From contig CAYFPQ010000002.1 of NCBI GenBank assembly GCA_964345005.1, positions 48,219 to 112,218 of the forward strand: a stretch of DNA of 64,000 nt, read 5' to 3'. The stretch is from an uncultured Victivallales bacterium (GTDB lineage Bacteria > Verrucomicrobiota > Kiritimatiellia > UBA8416 > JABMPJ01). Shown here in pieces: positions 48,020 through 56,860 of the stretch. Under the pieces are notes generated by a model, which saw only the letters and a list, made by a program, of their open reading frames with translations, did not search any database and was not told where the DNA came from. Each line of letters begins with the position of its first letter. Positions within the stretch are counted from its first letter, which is position 1. Both the position numbers and the translations under genes were made by a program.

Positions 48020-48504
48020 CAACACCATCTCGTCGCAGAGCCACGAAAGCCCCAAGGAAGCGCAAGTCAAAGGCTCTGGTGTTCGACTCATGGGCAGTGC
48101 TCGCTTACTTGCAGGGCGAGGGAGCCGCAGAGCACTTGGCCGATATTCTCGCCAAGGCCATCGCGGCAGAAGCCCCTATCTACATGAGCGTTATGAATGT
48201 AGGCGAGGTCTGGTACATCCTCGCACGAGAGGTGTCTGCGAGTGAAGCCGACAAGAGCATAGCAACGCTCCGAAGCTGGGGGGTTGAGTTTGTTGCCGCC
48301 GACTGGCCTCATGCGAAAGAAGCGGCTCTTCTGAAATCCCGACACAAGATGTCTTATGCCGATGCGTTTGCCGCTGCGCTGGCCAAGGCTCGAAAGGCAG
48401 AACTGGTGACCGGCGATCCTGAGTTTGAACAGATCGGAGACTACGCGAGTATTCGCTGGCTCCGAAACGGTAGGACCGGAGATCGGAGGACAGAGGTCGG
48501 ATAA
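48016..48504 (+). CDS. PIN-domain toxin (VapC-like)
   Basis: ALVFDSWAVLAYLQGE..., acidic PIN residues, C-terminal TGDPEF; translationally coupled to the AbrB antitoxin. Confidence 0.75.
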   Translation: MTTPSRRRATKAPRKRKSKALVFDSWAVLAYLQGEGAAEHLADILAKAIAAEAPIYMSVMNVGEVWYILAREVSASEADKSIATLRSWGVEFVAADWPHAKEAALLKSRHKMSYADAFAAALAKARKAELVTGDPEFEQIGDYASIRWLRNGRTGDRRTEVG

Positions 48505-48510
48505 CCGCCT

Positions 48511-49242
48511 CTACCTCGTCGTCACATGCACGTCGTCATCGGTGTCGTGCTGTCTGTCTGGGCCTGGCGATGTGATTCGTGGTTGGCTATCGGCCAGCTG
48601 ATAGCGGAATGCTGTGCCCCAGGGGTCGATCAGGGCTTCGAGTTGAAGGTAAGGGCCGTTCCATGTTTCGGTGCCGGGGTTGTCGATCAGGGCGCCGAGG
48701 GTCTGTTCTTCTGTTGGTGGCGCACCGCAGTCTCTTGAATAGGAGACCAGCGCCTTCTCGATCTTCCGGATATTCTGAGCCGCCGCGGCTTTGCGGGCGA
48801 TGGCACGGCATCTGTTGAGCAACTCCAACGGTGAAGAGGTATCCCAATCCTCGCAGAACTGAACAACCCAATCTCCGCCATCATGCTGTTGCACGTAGTA
48901 CCAGGGGGTCGGTTTCTGCGCCGTGGGACTGCCTGTGAACGCAAGGGCATCGCCATTCCCGGGAATGATGTGCTCGACCCTGGCCAGGCCCTGTTCTATC
49001 CGCCCCAGATCGACCATGCCTTCCTCCAGTGAAAACGCCACAAGCGGAGATACCCGTCGGAGCATTTTCGTGTCACGGTTCTGCACGGCGCCATTGAAAC
49101 GATCTACCACGCTACAGATTTCCGTGTAATCGCTTGGAGTCAGCTGTGGCGTCGTCGGTTGTGGTCCGGGCGGTTTCTCGGCGCACGACCCTCCGATCAG
49201 AACTGCGGTGAGCACAGCCGACCACTTGTGCCGCCGTTTCAT
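48511..49242 (-). CDS. lipoprotein with C-terminal GspG-like (type II secretion pseudopilin globular) domain, lacking prepilin leader
   Basis: AAAQNIRKIEKALVSYSRDCGAPPTEEQTLGALIDNPGTETWNGPYLQ...DPWGTAFRYQ parallels GspG (..YPTTEQGLQAL..W.GPYL..DPWGN.YQY); N-terminus is Sec/lipobox (LIGGSCAEK), not GFTLxE; start MKRRHKW. Confidence 0.55.
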   Translation of the reverse strand: MKRRHKWSAVLTAVLIGGSCAEKPPGPQPTTPQLTPSDYTEICSVVDRFNGAVQNRDTKMLRRVSPLVAFSLEEGMVDLGRIEQGLARVEHIIPGNGDALAFTGSPTAQKPTPWYYVQQHDGGDWVVQFCEDWDTSSPLELLNRCRAIARKAAAAQNIRKIEKALVSYSRDCGAPPTEEQTLGALIDNPGTETWNGPYLQLEALIDPWGTAFRYQLADSQPRITSPGPDRQHDTDDDVHVTTR

Positions 49243-49401
49243 GGTGTCTGGTTCCTCCGCTGTTGGGTGTGCGTGCGGCTGCGCCGCCCAATCCATCGGT
49301 CACAGAACCGCACCGTCAGGTCATAGATGACCTCCGACACTTGAAAGCTCTTCAACCTCCGGTATCCGCCATGCTTGGGAATCAATGGTTGGGTCATCGC
49401 G

Positions 49402-49446
49402 CGTCCACCCCGTCCAGCCCGTCCACCTTGTCCACCTTGTCCACTG
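49402..49446. repeat. 5 x 9-bp direct tandem repeat (YGTCCASYY) in htrA upstream region
   Basis: cgtccaccc cgtccagcc cgtccacct tgtccacct tgtccactg, about 90 nt upstream of htrA start. Confidence 0.7.
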
Positions 49447-49534
49447 ACTATAGCCATTGAGAGGCGCTTGTCCAGCGCCGGACAGTTTGGCAATATCTCC
49501 CTTGGTTACGCGGAGAAAACACAGAGGACCCGAA

Positions 49535-50980
49535 ATGAAGAAACTCATAGTATTGATAGGCGCGTTAGCGCTGGGCGTGCTGCCAGCCGTGGCTGAAAAG
49601 CAGAGCAATGATGGTGACCTGGCGTTGCTGAAACAGACTGGCCGGGCGTTTACCCGGGCCGCCAAACAGGCCGTACCCGGTGTGGTTTTTATCGCCGTCG
49701 AACAGACCATAGAGACACGCCAGGCGGGGCACTACTACAACGACCCCTTCGGATTCTTCGGTATTCCCCGACCGCGACGTCCTCGGCAGCAAATCCTCCG
49801 TGGACAGGGGTCCGGCTTCATCATCACGAAAGACGGGTACATTCTGACGAACAACCATGTCGTAGGGGATGCCGATAAGATCACCGTGAAGCTCCACGAC
49901 GGACGCGAGTTCGAGGCTGAGCGCATCGGGGCGGATCCGCGTTCGGAGGTCGCTGTCATCAAGATCGACGTGGAGGACGAGTTGCCGGTGCTGGAAGCCG
50001 GAGACTCCGGCGCGCTTGAGGTGGGCGAGTGGGTTATTGCCATCGGCAACCCTTTCGGCGAGCACCTGACGGAAACCGTGACGGTGGGTGTCGTCAGCGC
50101 AAAGGGCAGGCAGCTAGGGCTGACCGCCGAGCGTGACGAGTATGGGCGGGTTGTCCATGGGTATGAAGATTTCATTCAGACGGATGCGAATATCAACCCC
50201 GGCAACTCGGGTGGGCCGCTACTCAACATTGACGGCAGAGTGATAGGCATCAATACGGCGATCGCGAGTCCCAGCGGGGGCTCTGTTGGAATTGGATTCG
50301 CCATACCGATCGATCTTGCGATTGTGGTGAAGGATCAGCTGATCGCTCATGGGAAGGTGACGCGCGGGTTCCTTGGTATTCAACTCAACCCGCAGGAAGT
50401 CAGCAAGGAGATGGCGGAATCGTTCGGTCTCGACAGTGCCGGCGGGGTGCTGTTGGCGGAGATCGTGGAGGATGGTCCTGCAGACGAGGCGGGTCTGGAA
50501 GCGGGCGACATCGTCCTGGAAATGGATGGCGACCCAGTGGATGAGAACCGCACCTTCAGAAACAAGATCGCGCTGACCGAGCCCGGATCGGAGGTCGAAC
50601 TGAAGGTCTTCCGTGATGGCAAGACCAGGACCTTCAGCGTAACGATTGGCGTCTTGCCGGGCGACGAACCAGCCCAACAACAAGCCGTCGAAGTAGCGGA
50701 GAAGCTGGGGTTGTCCGTGCGTGAACTGACGCCGGAACTGGCGGAGAAATTCGGCCATGAGATGCACGAAGGCGTTCTGGTGTCTGAAGTAGAGCCTTAC
50801 AGCGCTGCCGCGCAGGCCGAGATTCAGCCGGGACATCTTATTCTCAGCGTTTACCGCAGGCCGGTGACATCGATCGAGGAGTTCAGTGAGGCGCTGGCTC
50901 AAGCCGCCGACCGCGGCCGCGTGCTGCTGCGCGTCAAGAGTCACCGCTACTCCTGGTATGCGCTACTGCGATTTGAGTAG
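49535..50980 (+). CDS. htrA: HtrA/DegP (Do) family serine endoprotease with two PDZ domains
   Basis: signal peptide; trypsin-like catalytic triad context (TNNHVV, D, GNSGGPL); two PDZ repeats; start MKKLIVL. Confidence 0.9.
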   Translation: MKKLIVLIGALALGVLPAVAEKQSNDGDLALLKQTGRAFTRAAKQAVPGVVFIAVEQTIETRQAGHYYNDPFGFFGIPRPRRPRQQILRGQGSGFIITKDGYILTNNHVVGDADKITVKLHDGREFEAERIGADPRSEVAVIKIDVEDELPVLEAGDSGALEVGEWVIAIGNPFGEHLTETVTVGVVSAKGRQLGLTAERDEYGRVVHGYEDFIQTDANINPGNSGGPLLNIDGRVIGINTAIASPSGGSVGIGFAIPIDLAIVVKDQLIAHGKVTRGFLGIQLNPQEVSKEMAESFGLDSAGGVLLAEIVEDGPADEAGLEAGDIVLEMDGDPVDENRTFRNKIALTEPGSEVELKVFRDGKTRTFSVTIGVLPGDEPAQQQAVEVAEKLGLSVRELTPELAEKFGHEMHEGVLVSEVEPYSAAAQAEIQPGHLILSVYRRPVTSIEEFSEALAQAADRGRVLLRVKSHRYSWYALLRFE

Positions 50981-51005
50981 AGGGTCGGACGAAAGAATGG
51001 ACTAT

Positions 51006-51041
51006 CGATTTCGATAGCGATTTCGATAGCGATTTCGATAG
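51006..51041. repeat. 3 x 12-bp tandem repeat (cgatttcgatag) abutting uvrC start codon
   Basis: ctatcgatt tcgatagcgattt cgatagcgattt cgatag; contains overlapping inverted repeats CTATCGA/TCGATAG; ends 3 nt before ATG 51045. Confidence 0.7.
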
Positions 51042-51044
51042 AAG

Positions 51045-52538
51045 ATGAACATTCCCGAACGTGTCAGGACCAAGCTGCAGGAATTGCCTGACAAGCCTGG
51101 ATGCTACCTGATGCGCGACAAGCGCGGGCGCATCGTTTATGTAGGAAAGGCGCGTTCGCTACGCAAGCGGGTGCAGTCCTACTTTCGCGACAGCTCACTG
51201 CGGCGCGGTTCGCCCAAATTACGCGGGCTTGTACGGAGCATTGCGGATATCGACCTGGTTGTCGTACGTACGGAGGCTGAGGCCACGCTGACCGAGAGCC
51301 GGCTCATCAAGGAGTACCGCCCGCGCTACAATGTCAGCTTTCGTGACGACAAGCGCTTCCTTCTGCTGCGTGCCGAACTGGGGCAGCCGTTTCCGCGCCT
51401 GCGGCTCTGTCGCGTGAAACGCGACGAAGGGTCCGAGTATTTCGGGCCGTTTCCGTCATCCGCCGCCACGCGCGCGACGCTCGACTTCATCGAGAAGCGT
51501 TTTGGCCTGCGGAAGTGCGGACCGCGCATTCCGGATGCCGAGACACACAGGCACTGCATCAACGACATCGTTCGCTTTTGTTCCGCGCCGTGCATCGGAA
51601 AGATCTCGCCGGAGGACTACCGGGAGCGGGTGCTGGAGGCCTGTGCCTTCCTGCGCGGCGAACGGCCCAAGGTGCTGCAGGAGTTGCGGGAGAATATGCA
51701 GGCGGCCTCGGAGGCGCTCGATTTCGAACGCGCCGCCGCGCTGCGCGACACGCTGCAGGCGCTTAACCAGGTAGTGCGCCGCCGCGCCCGGATCGCCTCA
51801 ACGCCGGAACTGAAGCAACAGGCCGCCGAACAGGGCGTAAAAGATCTCAAACGACTGCTTAAGCTGCCGGCTGTGCCCCACGTGATCGAGGCCTACGACA
51901 TCTCGAACATCTCGGGCACCTACGCCGTTGCCAGCATGGTATGCGCGGTGGATGGGGTGCCGCACAAGAACCTTTATCGGAGATTTCGCATCAAGAGTGT
52001 TGCCGGCAGTGATGATCCGGCGATGATGGCCGAGGTGATCCGGCGTCGTTACGGGGATCTGCGCGACAGCGGGGCCCCGATGCCCGGCCTGGTCCTGGTT
52101 GACGGTGGCCCAACGCAGCTCGGGGCAGCGCGCGCCGAACTGGCACAACTCGGTCTGGTGAATGTGCCAACCGCCGGGCTGGCCAAGCGGTTCGAATTGG
52201 TCTATATTCATCCCGCCGAGCCGCCGTTGGAGCTGGAACGCAATTCACCGGCGCTGCAGGTATTGCAGCGACTTCGCGACGAGGCACACCGGTTTGCGCT
52301 CGATTACCATCAGCGTTTGCGCCGCCGCCGAATTCGTGAGTCGGTGCTGGACGATATTCCGGGCATTGGCCCGTGTCGAAAGAAGAAGCTGTTGAAGCAT
52401 ATGGGCTCGCTCAGACGTATCGAGAAGGCGAGTGAAGAAGACATCGCCAAGGTCCCGGGCATCGGCCGGGAGACGGCACGGTTGATCAAGGCGGCGCTGC
52501 GTGACGCCGCAGGTGATAGTAAAAAGTATGGAATGTGA
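51045..52538 (+). CDS. uvrC: excinuclease ABC subunit C (compact UvrC)
   Basis: GIY-YIG (GCYLMRDKRGRIVYVGKA...), UvrB-interaction region, RNase H-like endonuclease domain and C-terminal HhH (IPGIGPCRKKKLL...VPGIGRETA). Confidence 0.88.
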   Translation: MNIPERVRTKLQELPDKPGCYLMRDKRGRIVYVGKARSLRKRVQSYFRDSSLRRGSPKLRGLVRSIADIDLVVVRTEAEATLTESRLIKEYRPRYNVSFRDDKRFLLLRAELGQPFPRLRLCRVKRDEGSEYFGPFPSSAATRATLDFIEKRFGLRKCGPRIPDAETHRHCINDIVRFCSAPCIGKISPEDYRERVLEACAFLRGERPKVLQELRENMQAASEALDFERAAALRDTLQALNQVVRRRARIASTPELKQQAAEQGVKDLKRLLKLPAVPHVIEAYDISNISGTYAVASMVCAVDGVPHKNLYRRFRIKSVAGSDDPAMMAEVIRRRYGDLRDSGAPMPGLVLVDGGPTQLGAARAELAQLGLVNVPTAGLAKRFELVYIHPAEPPLELERNSPALQVLQRLRDEAHRFALDYHQRLRRRRIRESVLDDIPGIGPCRKKKLLKHMGSLRRIEKASEEDIAKVPGIGRETARLIKAALRDAAGDSKKYGM

Positions 52539-53590
52539 TGCGAGAGTCAGCCTACAGCCTACAGTCTGAACCCCTACAGCCTCAGCGGTCCGGCGGGCCG
52601 CTGCAGATCCTGGTAGTGAAGCTCAGTTCGCTGGGCGATCTTTTTCACGCACTTCCCGCGATTCGCAATCTGAAGGTGGCATACGGCGCAGAGATCGACT
52701 GGGTGACGCAGCGAGAGTACGCCGACTTGGTCGGCTGTTTCGATGACGTGCGCCGGGTGATCCCGTTTGACCGGCGCGGGCGATCACGTAGACCGTTGGC
52801 GTTCCTGAAAGAGCTCCGAGCAGAGCGCTATGACATGGTGCTCGACATGCAGGGGCTGTTGAAGAGCGGCATCATCACGCGTCTTGCCCGGGCGGGTCGC
52901 CGGATCGGCCCTTCTTTCCAGCGGGAATGCGCTTGGCTTTTCTACCATGCCGTTGCGGGAAAGCGCGACAAAGAGCGGCATGCGGTGGAGGAGAACTTCG
53001 ATGTGGTTCGGTTTCTCGGTCTCACTTCCATTCCGCCGGAGTTCCCTGTGACGTTTCCGGCTGCCGAGTTGGAAGGCAGCGGGCCGCGTGTTGCCGTGAT
53101 TCCGTCTTCACGCTGGGTCACGAAGGATTGGACGCCCGCCGGTTTTGCCGCCGCGGCCCGCCATTTGCGTGAGGAGCGCGGCGCAAGGATTTACCTCATG
53201 GGTGGGCCGGCGGATGCACAGCGATGCGCCGACGTGGACCGGATGATGGGCGACGGCGCGGTCAACCTTGCCGGCAAAACGTCACTGGTCGAGATGGGGA
53301 GTTACCTGGCGTCGATGGATCTCTTGATCGCGAATGACTCGGGACCTGTGCACATGGCGGCCGCTGTGGGGACGCCCTCGCTTGTGCTCTTTGGCCCCAC
53401 CTGTCCAGAGCGGACCGGGCCCTATGGCGAAGCCCATCGCATCGTGCAATCCGGGTCGCTCGAATGCCGCCCGTGTTTCATGCGCGACTGCCCGCCCGGG
53501 CATCATCGCTGCATGGCCGACATCTCGTCCGAACAGGTGGCCACGGTCGCGCTGGAGATGTTGAGGAATGGGGTGGACCGCTCGGTGTAA
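52535..53590 (+). CDS. family-9 glycosyltransferase (ADP-heptose:LPS heptosyltransferase-like)
   Basis: ILVVKLSSLGDLFHALPAI N-terminus, ...LLIANDSGPVHMAAAVGTPSLVLFGPT C-terminal GT9 signature; ATGA overlap with uvrC. Confidence 0.85.
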   Translation: MMRESAYSLQSEPLQPQRSGGPLQILVVKLSSLGDLFHALPAIRNLKVAYGAEIDWVTQREYADLVGCFDDVRRVIPFDRRGRSRRPLAFLKELRAERYDMVLDMQGLLKSGIITRLARAGRRIGPSFQRECAWLFYHAVAGKRDKERHAVEENFDVVRFLGLTSIPPEFPVTFPAAELEGSGPRVAVIPSSRWVTKDWTPAGFAAAARHLREERGARIYLMGGPADAQRCADVDRMMGDGAVNLAGKTSLVEMGSYLASMDLLIANDSGPVHMAAAVGTPSLVLFGPTCPERTGPYGEAHRIVQSGSLECRPCFMRDCPPGHHRCMADISSEQVATVALEMLRNGVDRSV

Positions 53591-53671
53591 GTCTGGTGTT
53601 TCAATCCGCGCCCCCGTGAAGGGCGCGAATTCCATATTGACTAAGTCATGACTAGATCCTATAGTGGAAGC

Positions 53672-53917
53672 ATGAAAACGGCAACGACTCATTACGCGAA
53701 GACGCATCTGTCTCGGCTGCTTAAAGAGGTGCAGCACGGCGAGACGGTGGTGATTCTGCATGGAACCGTTCCCGTGGGGAAGCTTACGGCAGTCGAGACG
53801 GCCGAGGTGCGCCCGGAACGACCCAAGACGGGTATAAAGACGTCCCGACCGGTACATTGCAGCGATGACGCGTTCACTCCGCTCTCGGACGAACAGCTCA
53901 AGGCGTGGGGCTTGTGA
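53672..53917 (+). CDS. Phd/YefM-type antitoxin
   Basis: MKTATTHYAKTHLSRLLKEVQHGETVVILHGTVPVGKL; start at MKTAT (ORF extends to 53648). Confidence 0.7.
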   Translation: MKTATTHYAKTHLSRLLKEVQHGETVVILHGTVPVGKLTAVETAEVRPERPKTGIKTSRPVHCSDDAFTPLSDEQLKAWGL

Positions 53918-54300
53918 CCTATATTCTCGATACGTGTACATTGATCTGGCTCTGTTCGAAACCGTCTGCCTTATCGCGGTCTGCACGGAAGGTGATTGAC
54001 GACTCCGCGTCCGAACTGGCCCTGAGCGATGTGTCGGTGATGGAGATCACGATGAAGTGGGCGGCCGGCAAGATCAGATTACCTGCGTCGCCCCGTACAT
54101 GGATTGAATCCCAAGCCAGGACCTGGCGGCTTGAGCAGTTTCAGATTGCGCGTGAGGATATCTACCGGTCCGCTGAGCTGCCCGCTCATCACCGCGATCC
54201 TTTCGATCGTCTGCTGGTTGGCGTTACGCTCAACCGCAACGCGACGCTCATTACGCCGGATACGGCGATTCGGGAGTATCCAGTCAGCACATGTTGGTAA
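53905..54300 (+). CDS. PIN-domain toxin (VapC-like)
   Basis: TYILDTCTLIWL..., ...ITPDTAIREY C-terminus; overlaps antitoxin stop (ATG 53905 or GTG 53914). Confidence 0.75.
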   Translation: MGLVTYILDTCTLIWLCSKPSALSRSARKVIDDSASELALSDVSVMEITMKWAAGKIRLPASPRTWIESQARTWRLEQFQIAREDIYRSAELPAHHRDPFDRLLVGVTLNRNATLITPDTAIREYPVSTCW

Positions 54301-54330
54301 CCGCGCTCTCGCACGAGCCGATACACAGTA

Positions 54331-55668
54331 TCAGGTGGTACTCTTCCCCACAAACGACTCCAATGCCGCCGGGAAGGGGCAGGTGCGGCAGTCTGCCCCG
54401 TAAACGAGGCAGAAGTCGTGAAACACCTGCAGTAATCCCTGGCGGCGCAGGCCGGTGCGGTGCAGTGCGGGGTTGTGGTCGCGTCCCAGGAGCGCGTGTG
54501 CGGTTTGGCGCGTGAGCGCATTGCTGGATTCTGTAGGGAGGTGCGGCAGGAGCGACCGGATGTCGTGTCCCGTTGCGGCGAGGAACGGGACGAGGATGTT
54601 GATAATGATAGCATTCAGGCGGCTGACGCCAATGAGTGCAATCGTGGCCTCCACCGGCGGCCTGCCCCAACTCAACCGATGATCCCAGAAGGCGGGTGCA
54701 GGGGTATCTGTGATGAGTCCTGCCGCGGCAGCGAACCAGCGCTCCGGGACGCAGGTATCGAGGCTGGTCAGCGCCTCATAAAACGAACGTTTGCCCGCGA
54801 AGATGCCGGCTGCCGCGGCGAGGCGACGTGCCGGGTGGTTCTGCGGGCGCAGGCTGGCAAGTGTCCATGCGTCGGATGGGAGCACGTGTGCCGACCACGC
54901 ATCCTGCATACGCCACCACCGGTTCCACAGCGTGCGGACAAAATGCGTGGCTTCCTCGTCCCAGTGTGGTTGCGGCGACGACGGGAGAAGGCTGGCCACA
55001 CCCATGAGCAGGGCGTAAGCATGGCGTGGCTTGCCTGCGCAATTCTCGATCAGCGCTTCGTGTGTGACGGCTCGTGCGAGCGCGCGGAAGGTGCTCCGGT
55101 TGTGCTTATAGCCGAGTGCGGTCATGACTTCTTCATACAGGACTTGCTCTGGTCCGAACGTGCGAATGTTCTCGCTCATGCGCAGCGCCTTGACACGAAG
55201 GCGCTCTTCCCCCGCAGCATCCAACACGGCTTTGTCCGGCAGCCCCGCGGATCGCCGTCCGGGAAACCAGGTGATGTGTGCGATCACGTTGCGATAGGCG
55301 GGGTTATCCGCATGGCCGTGGTGGTCCCAATCCTGCGGGTGGATGTGTATCTCGATATCCCCCTGCACGCGGCGCTGATCGGGTGCCAGGATCATCACGG
55401 CATCCCGAAAGTCGGGTCCGGCCTCCAGGTTCCAGCGTCCCGGGGAGACCACGAGTGCGGCCTCGCCCGTGCCGGTCTTGAGCACTTCCGGGCGGTAGCG
55501 CTTGTCCGCCCATACGCACTGGAGATGACGCTCGCTGTAGGCGAAGAAGCGGCCCGATTCCGGCGCCTCGCGCACCCCCGCCACCGGCGGCGCCAGCATG
55601 TCCGTATACCGCGCCGCACCCGCGAACTGAGCCCCAAACCTGCTATCCATATTCCTGTTCCTGGCCAT
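54331..55668 (-). CDS. DUF2851-family protein
   Basis: FAYSERHLQCVWAD...VVSPGRWNLEAGPDF...GDIEIHIHPQDWDHHGH...YRNVIAHITW matches DUF2851 conserved blocks; start placed at MARNRNM (55668) because ORF extension to 55902 would cover a strongly palindromic element and overlap the divergent ABC gene; start uncertain. Confidence 0.6.
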   Translation of the reverse strand: MARNRNMDSRFGAQFAGAARYTDMLAPPVAGVREAPESGRFFAYSERHLQCVWADKRYRPEVLKTGTGEAALVVSPGRWNLEAGPDFRDAVMILAPDQRRVQGDIEIHIHPQDWDHHGHADNPAYRNVIAHITWFPGRRSAGLPDKAVLDAAGEERLRVKALRMSENIRTFGPEQVLYEEVMTALGYKHNRSTFRALARAVTHEALIENCAGKPRHAYALLMGVASLLPSSPQPHWDEEATHFVRTLWNRWWRMQDAWSAHVLPSDAWTLASLRPQNHPARRLAAAAGIFAGKRSFYEALTSLDTCVPERWFAAAAGLITDTPAPAFWDHRLSWGRPPVEATIALIGVSRLNAIIINILVPFLAATGHDIRSLLPHLPTESSNALTRQTAHALLGRDHNPALHRTGLRRQGLLQVFHDFCLVYGADCRTCPFPAALESFVGKSTT

Positions 55669-55719
55669 ACCTTCTGAGATCCCCAGACAATCCACCACAA
55701 ACAAAATGCTCAAAGCGAA

Positions 55720-55796
55720 GGCAGGGGGGAAGGTCGCGCAGGCCTTAGCGGTTCGGTATTCCGAACCGGTCGAGCCAAGCGGCCTTCCCCTCTGCC
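55720..55796. promoter_or_regulatory. nested palindrome in divergent promoter region
   Basis: outer arms ggcaggggggaagg (55720-33)/ccttcccctctgcc (55783-96) around perfect hairpin cggttcgg-tatt-ccgaaccg (55749-68). Confidence 0.4.
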
Positions 55797-55873
55797 GAAG
55801 CGACCCTTGACGGGCTGCCGCAGGCATCAGCATAATACCGGTTTGCGACGGAGAGTCAACTTTGAGCGGCTGC

Positions 55874-56860
55874 ATGATCGTAGATGTCCAGAATCTGACC
55901 AAGCGTTACCCCGGCAAGACAGCCGTGGACGACATCAGTTTCGACGTACAGCCACGTGAAATTGTTGGCTTTCTCGGCCCGAACGGTGCGGGAAAAACGA
56001 CGACGATGCAGATCCTCGCCGGGTACCTGCCTGCCACCGGCGGGCGTGTTGAGGTGGCCGGGCACGATGTCTTTAAGCATTCGATCGAAGTGCGCCGTCG
56101 GATTGGCTACCTGCCCGAAAACGTTCCGCTCTACACCGACATGCGCGTCACGGAGTTCCTGAAGTTCCGCGGTCGGCTGAAGGGCTTGAACGGCGCGCGG
56201 CTGCGCGCGCGGCTAGATTCCGTGCTGACATCCTGTGGGCTGACCGACGTGCGCCGGCAGATCATCGGGAGCCTGTCGCGGGGTTTCCGGCAGCGTGTGG
56301 GACTGGCCGACAGCCTGTTGGCCGAGCCCGAGCTCCTGATACTCGACGAGCCGACCGTCGGGCTCGATCCCAACCAGATTCGTCAGATTCGCAACCTGAT
56401 CCGGAACCTTGGAGAGCGGCACACGGTGTTGCTGGCCAGCCACATTCTCCACGAAGTCGAAATGGTCTGTAACCGTGTTCTGATTATCAATCAGGGGCGC
56501 ATCGTGGCATCCGACACGCCCGGCAAGCTCGTCGGGCTGCTGCGCGGCAATCGCCGCGTCTCGGCATCGATACGCGGCGGTACGTCGCATAATGTGCAAC
56601 GTCTCCTCGCGGCGATCCCCGCGGTCGTAAACGCAAGCTGCGAGCCACACGGCGAGTGGCTGCAGTGCTTCTGTGAAAGCAAGAAGGATGACGATATAGC
56701 CGAGGAGGTCTTTCGTGTGGTGGCGGCCAACGGCTGGCGCCTGCGCGAGCTGCACGAGGAGCGTCGAAATCTCGAGGACGTGTTTGCGGAGGTGACGAGC
56801 GACGAGAACGGCAACGGTATACTTCTGGGACATGGAGCCAACGGGGGGATGCGGCCATGA
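55874..56860 (+). CDS. ABC transporter ATP-binding protein (GldA-like, ABC-2 type)
   Basis: Walker A GPNGAGKTT, signature LSRGFRQRV, Walker B LILDEPT; start MIVDVQN. Confidence 0.9.
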   Translation: MIVDVQNLTKRYPGKTAVDDISFDVQPREIVGFLGPNGAGKTTTMQILAGYLPATGGRVEVAGHDVFKHSIEVRRRIGYLPENVPLYTDMRVTEFLKFRGRLKGLNGARLRARLDSVLTSCGLTDVRRQIIGSLSRGFRQRVGLADSLLAEPELLILDEPTVGLDPNQIRQIRNLIRNLGERHTVLLASHILHEVEMVCNRVLIINQGRIVASDTPGKLVGLLRGNRRVSASIRGGTSHNVQRLLAAIPAVVNASCEPHGEWLQCFCESKKDDDIAEEVFRVVAANGWRLRELHEERRNLEDVFAEVTSDENGNGILLGHGANGGMRP

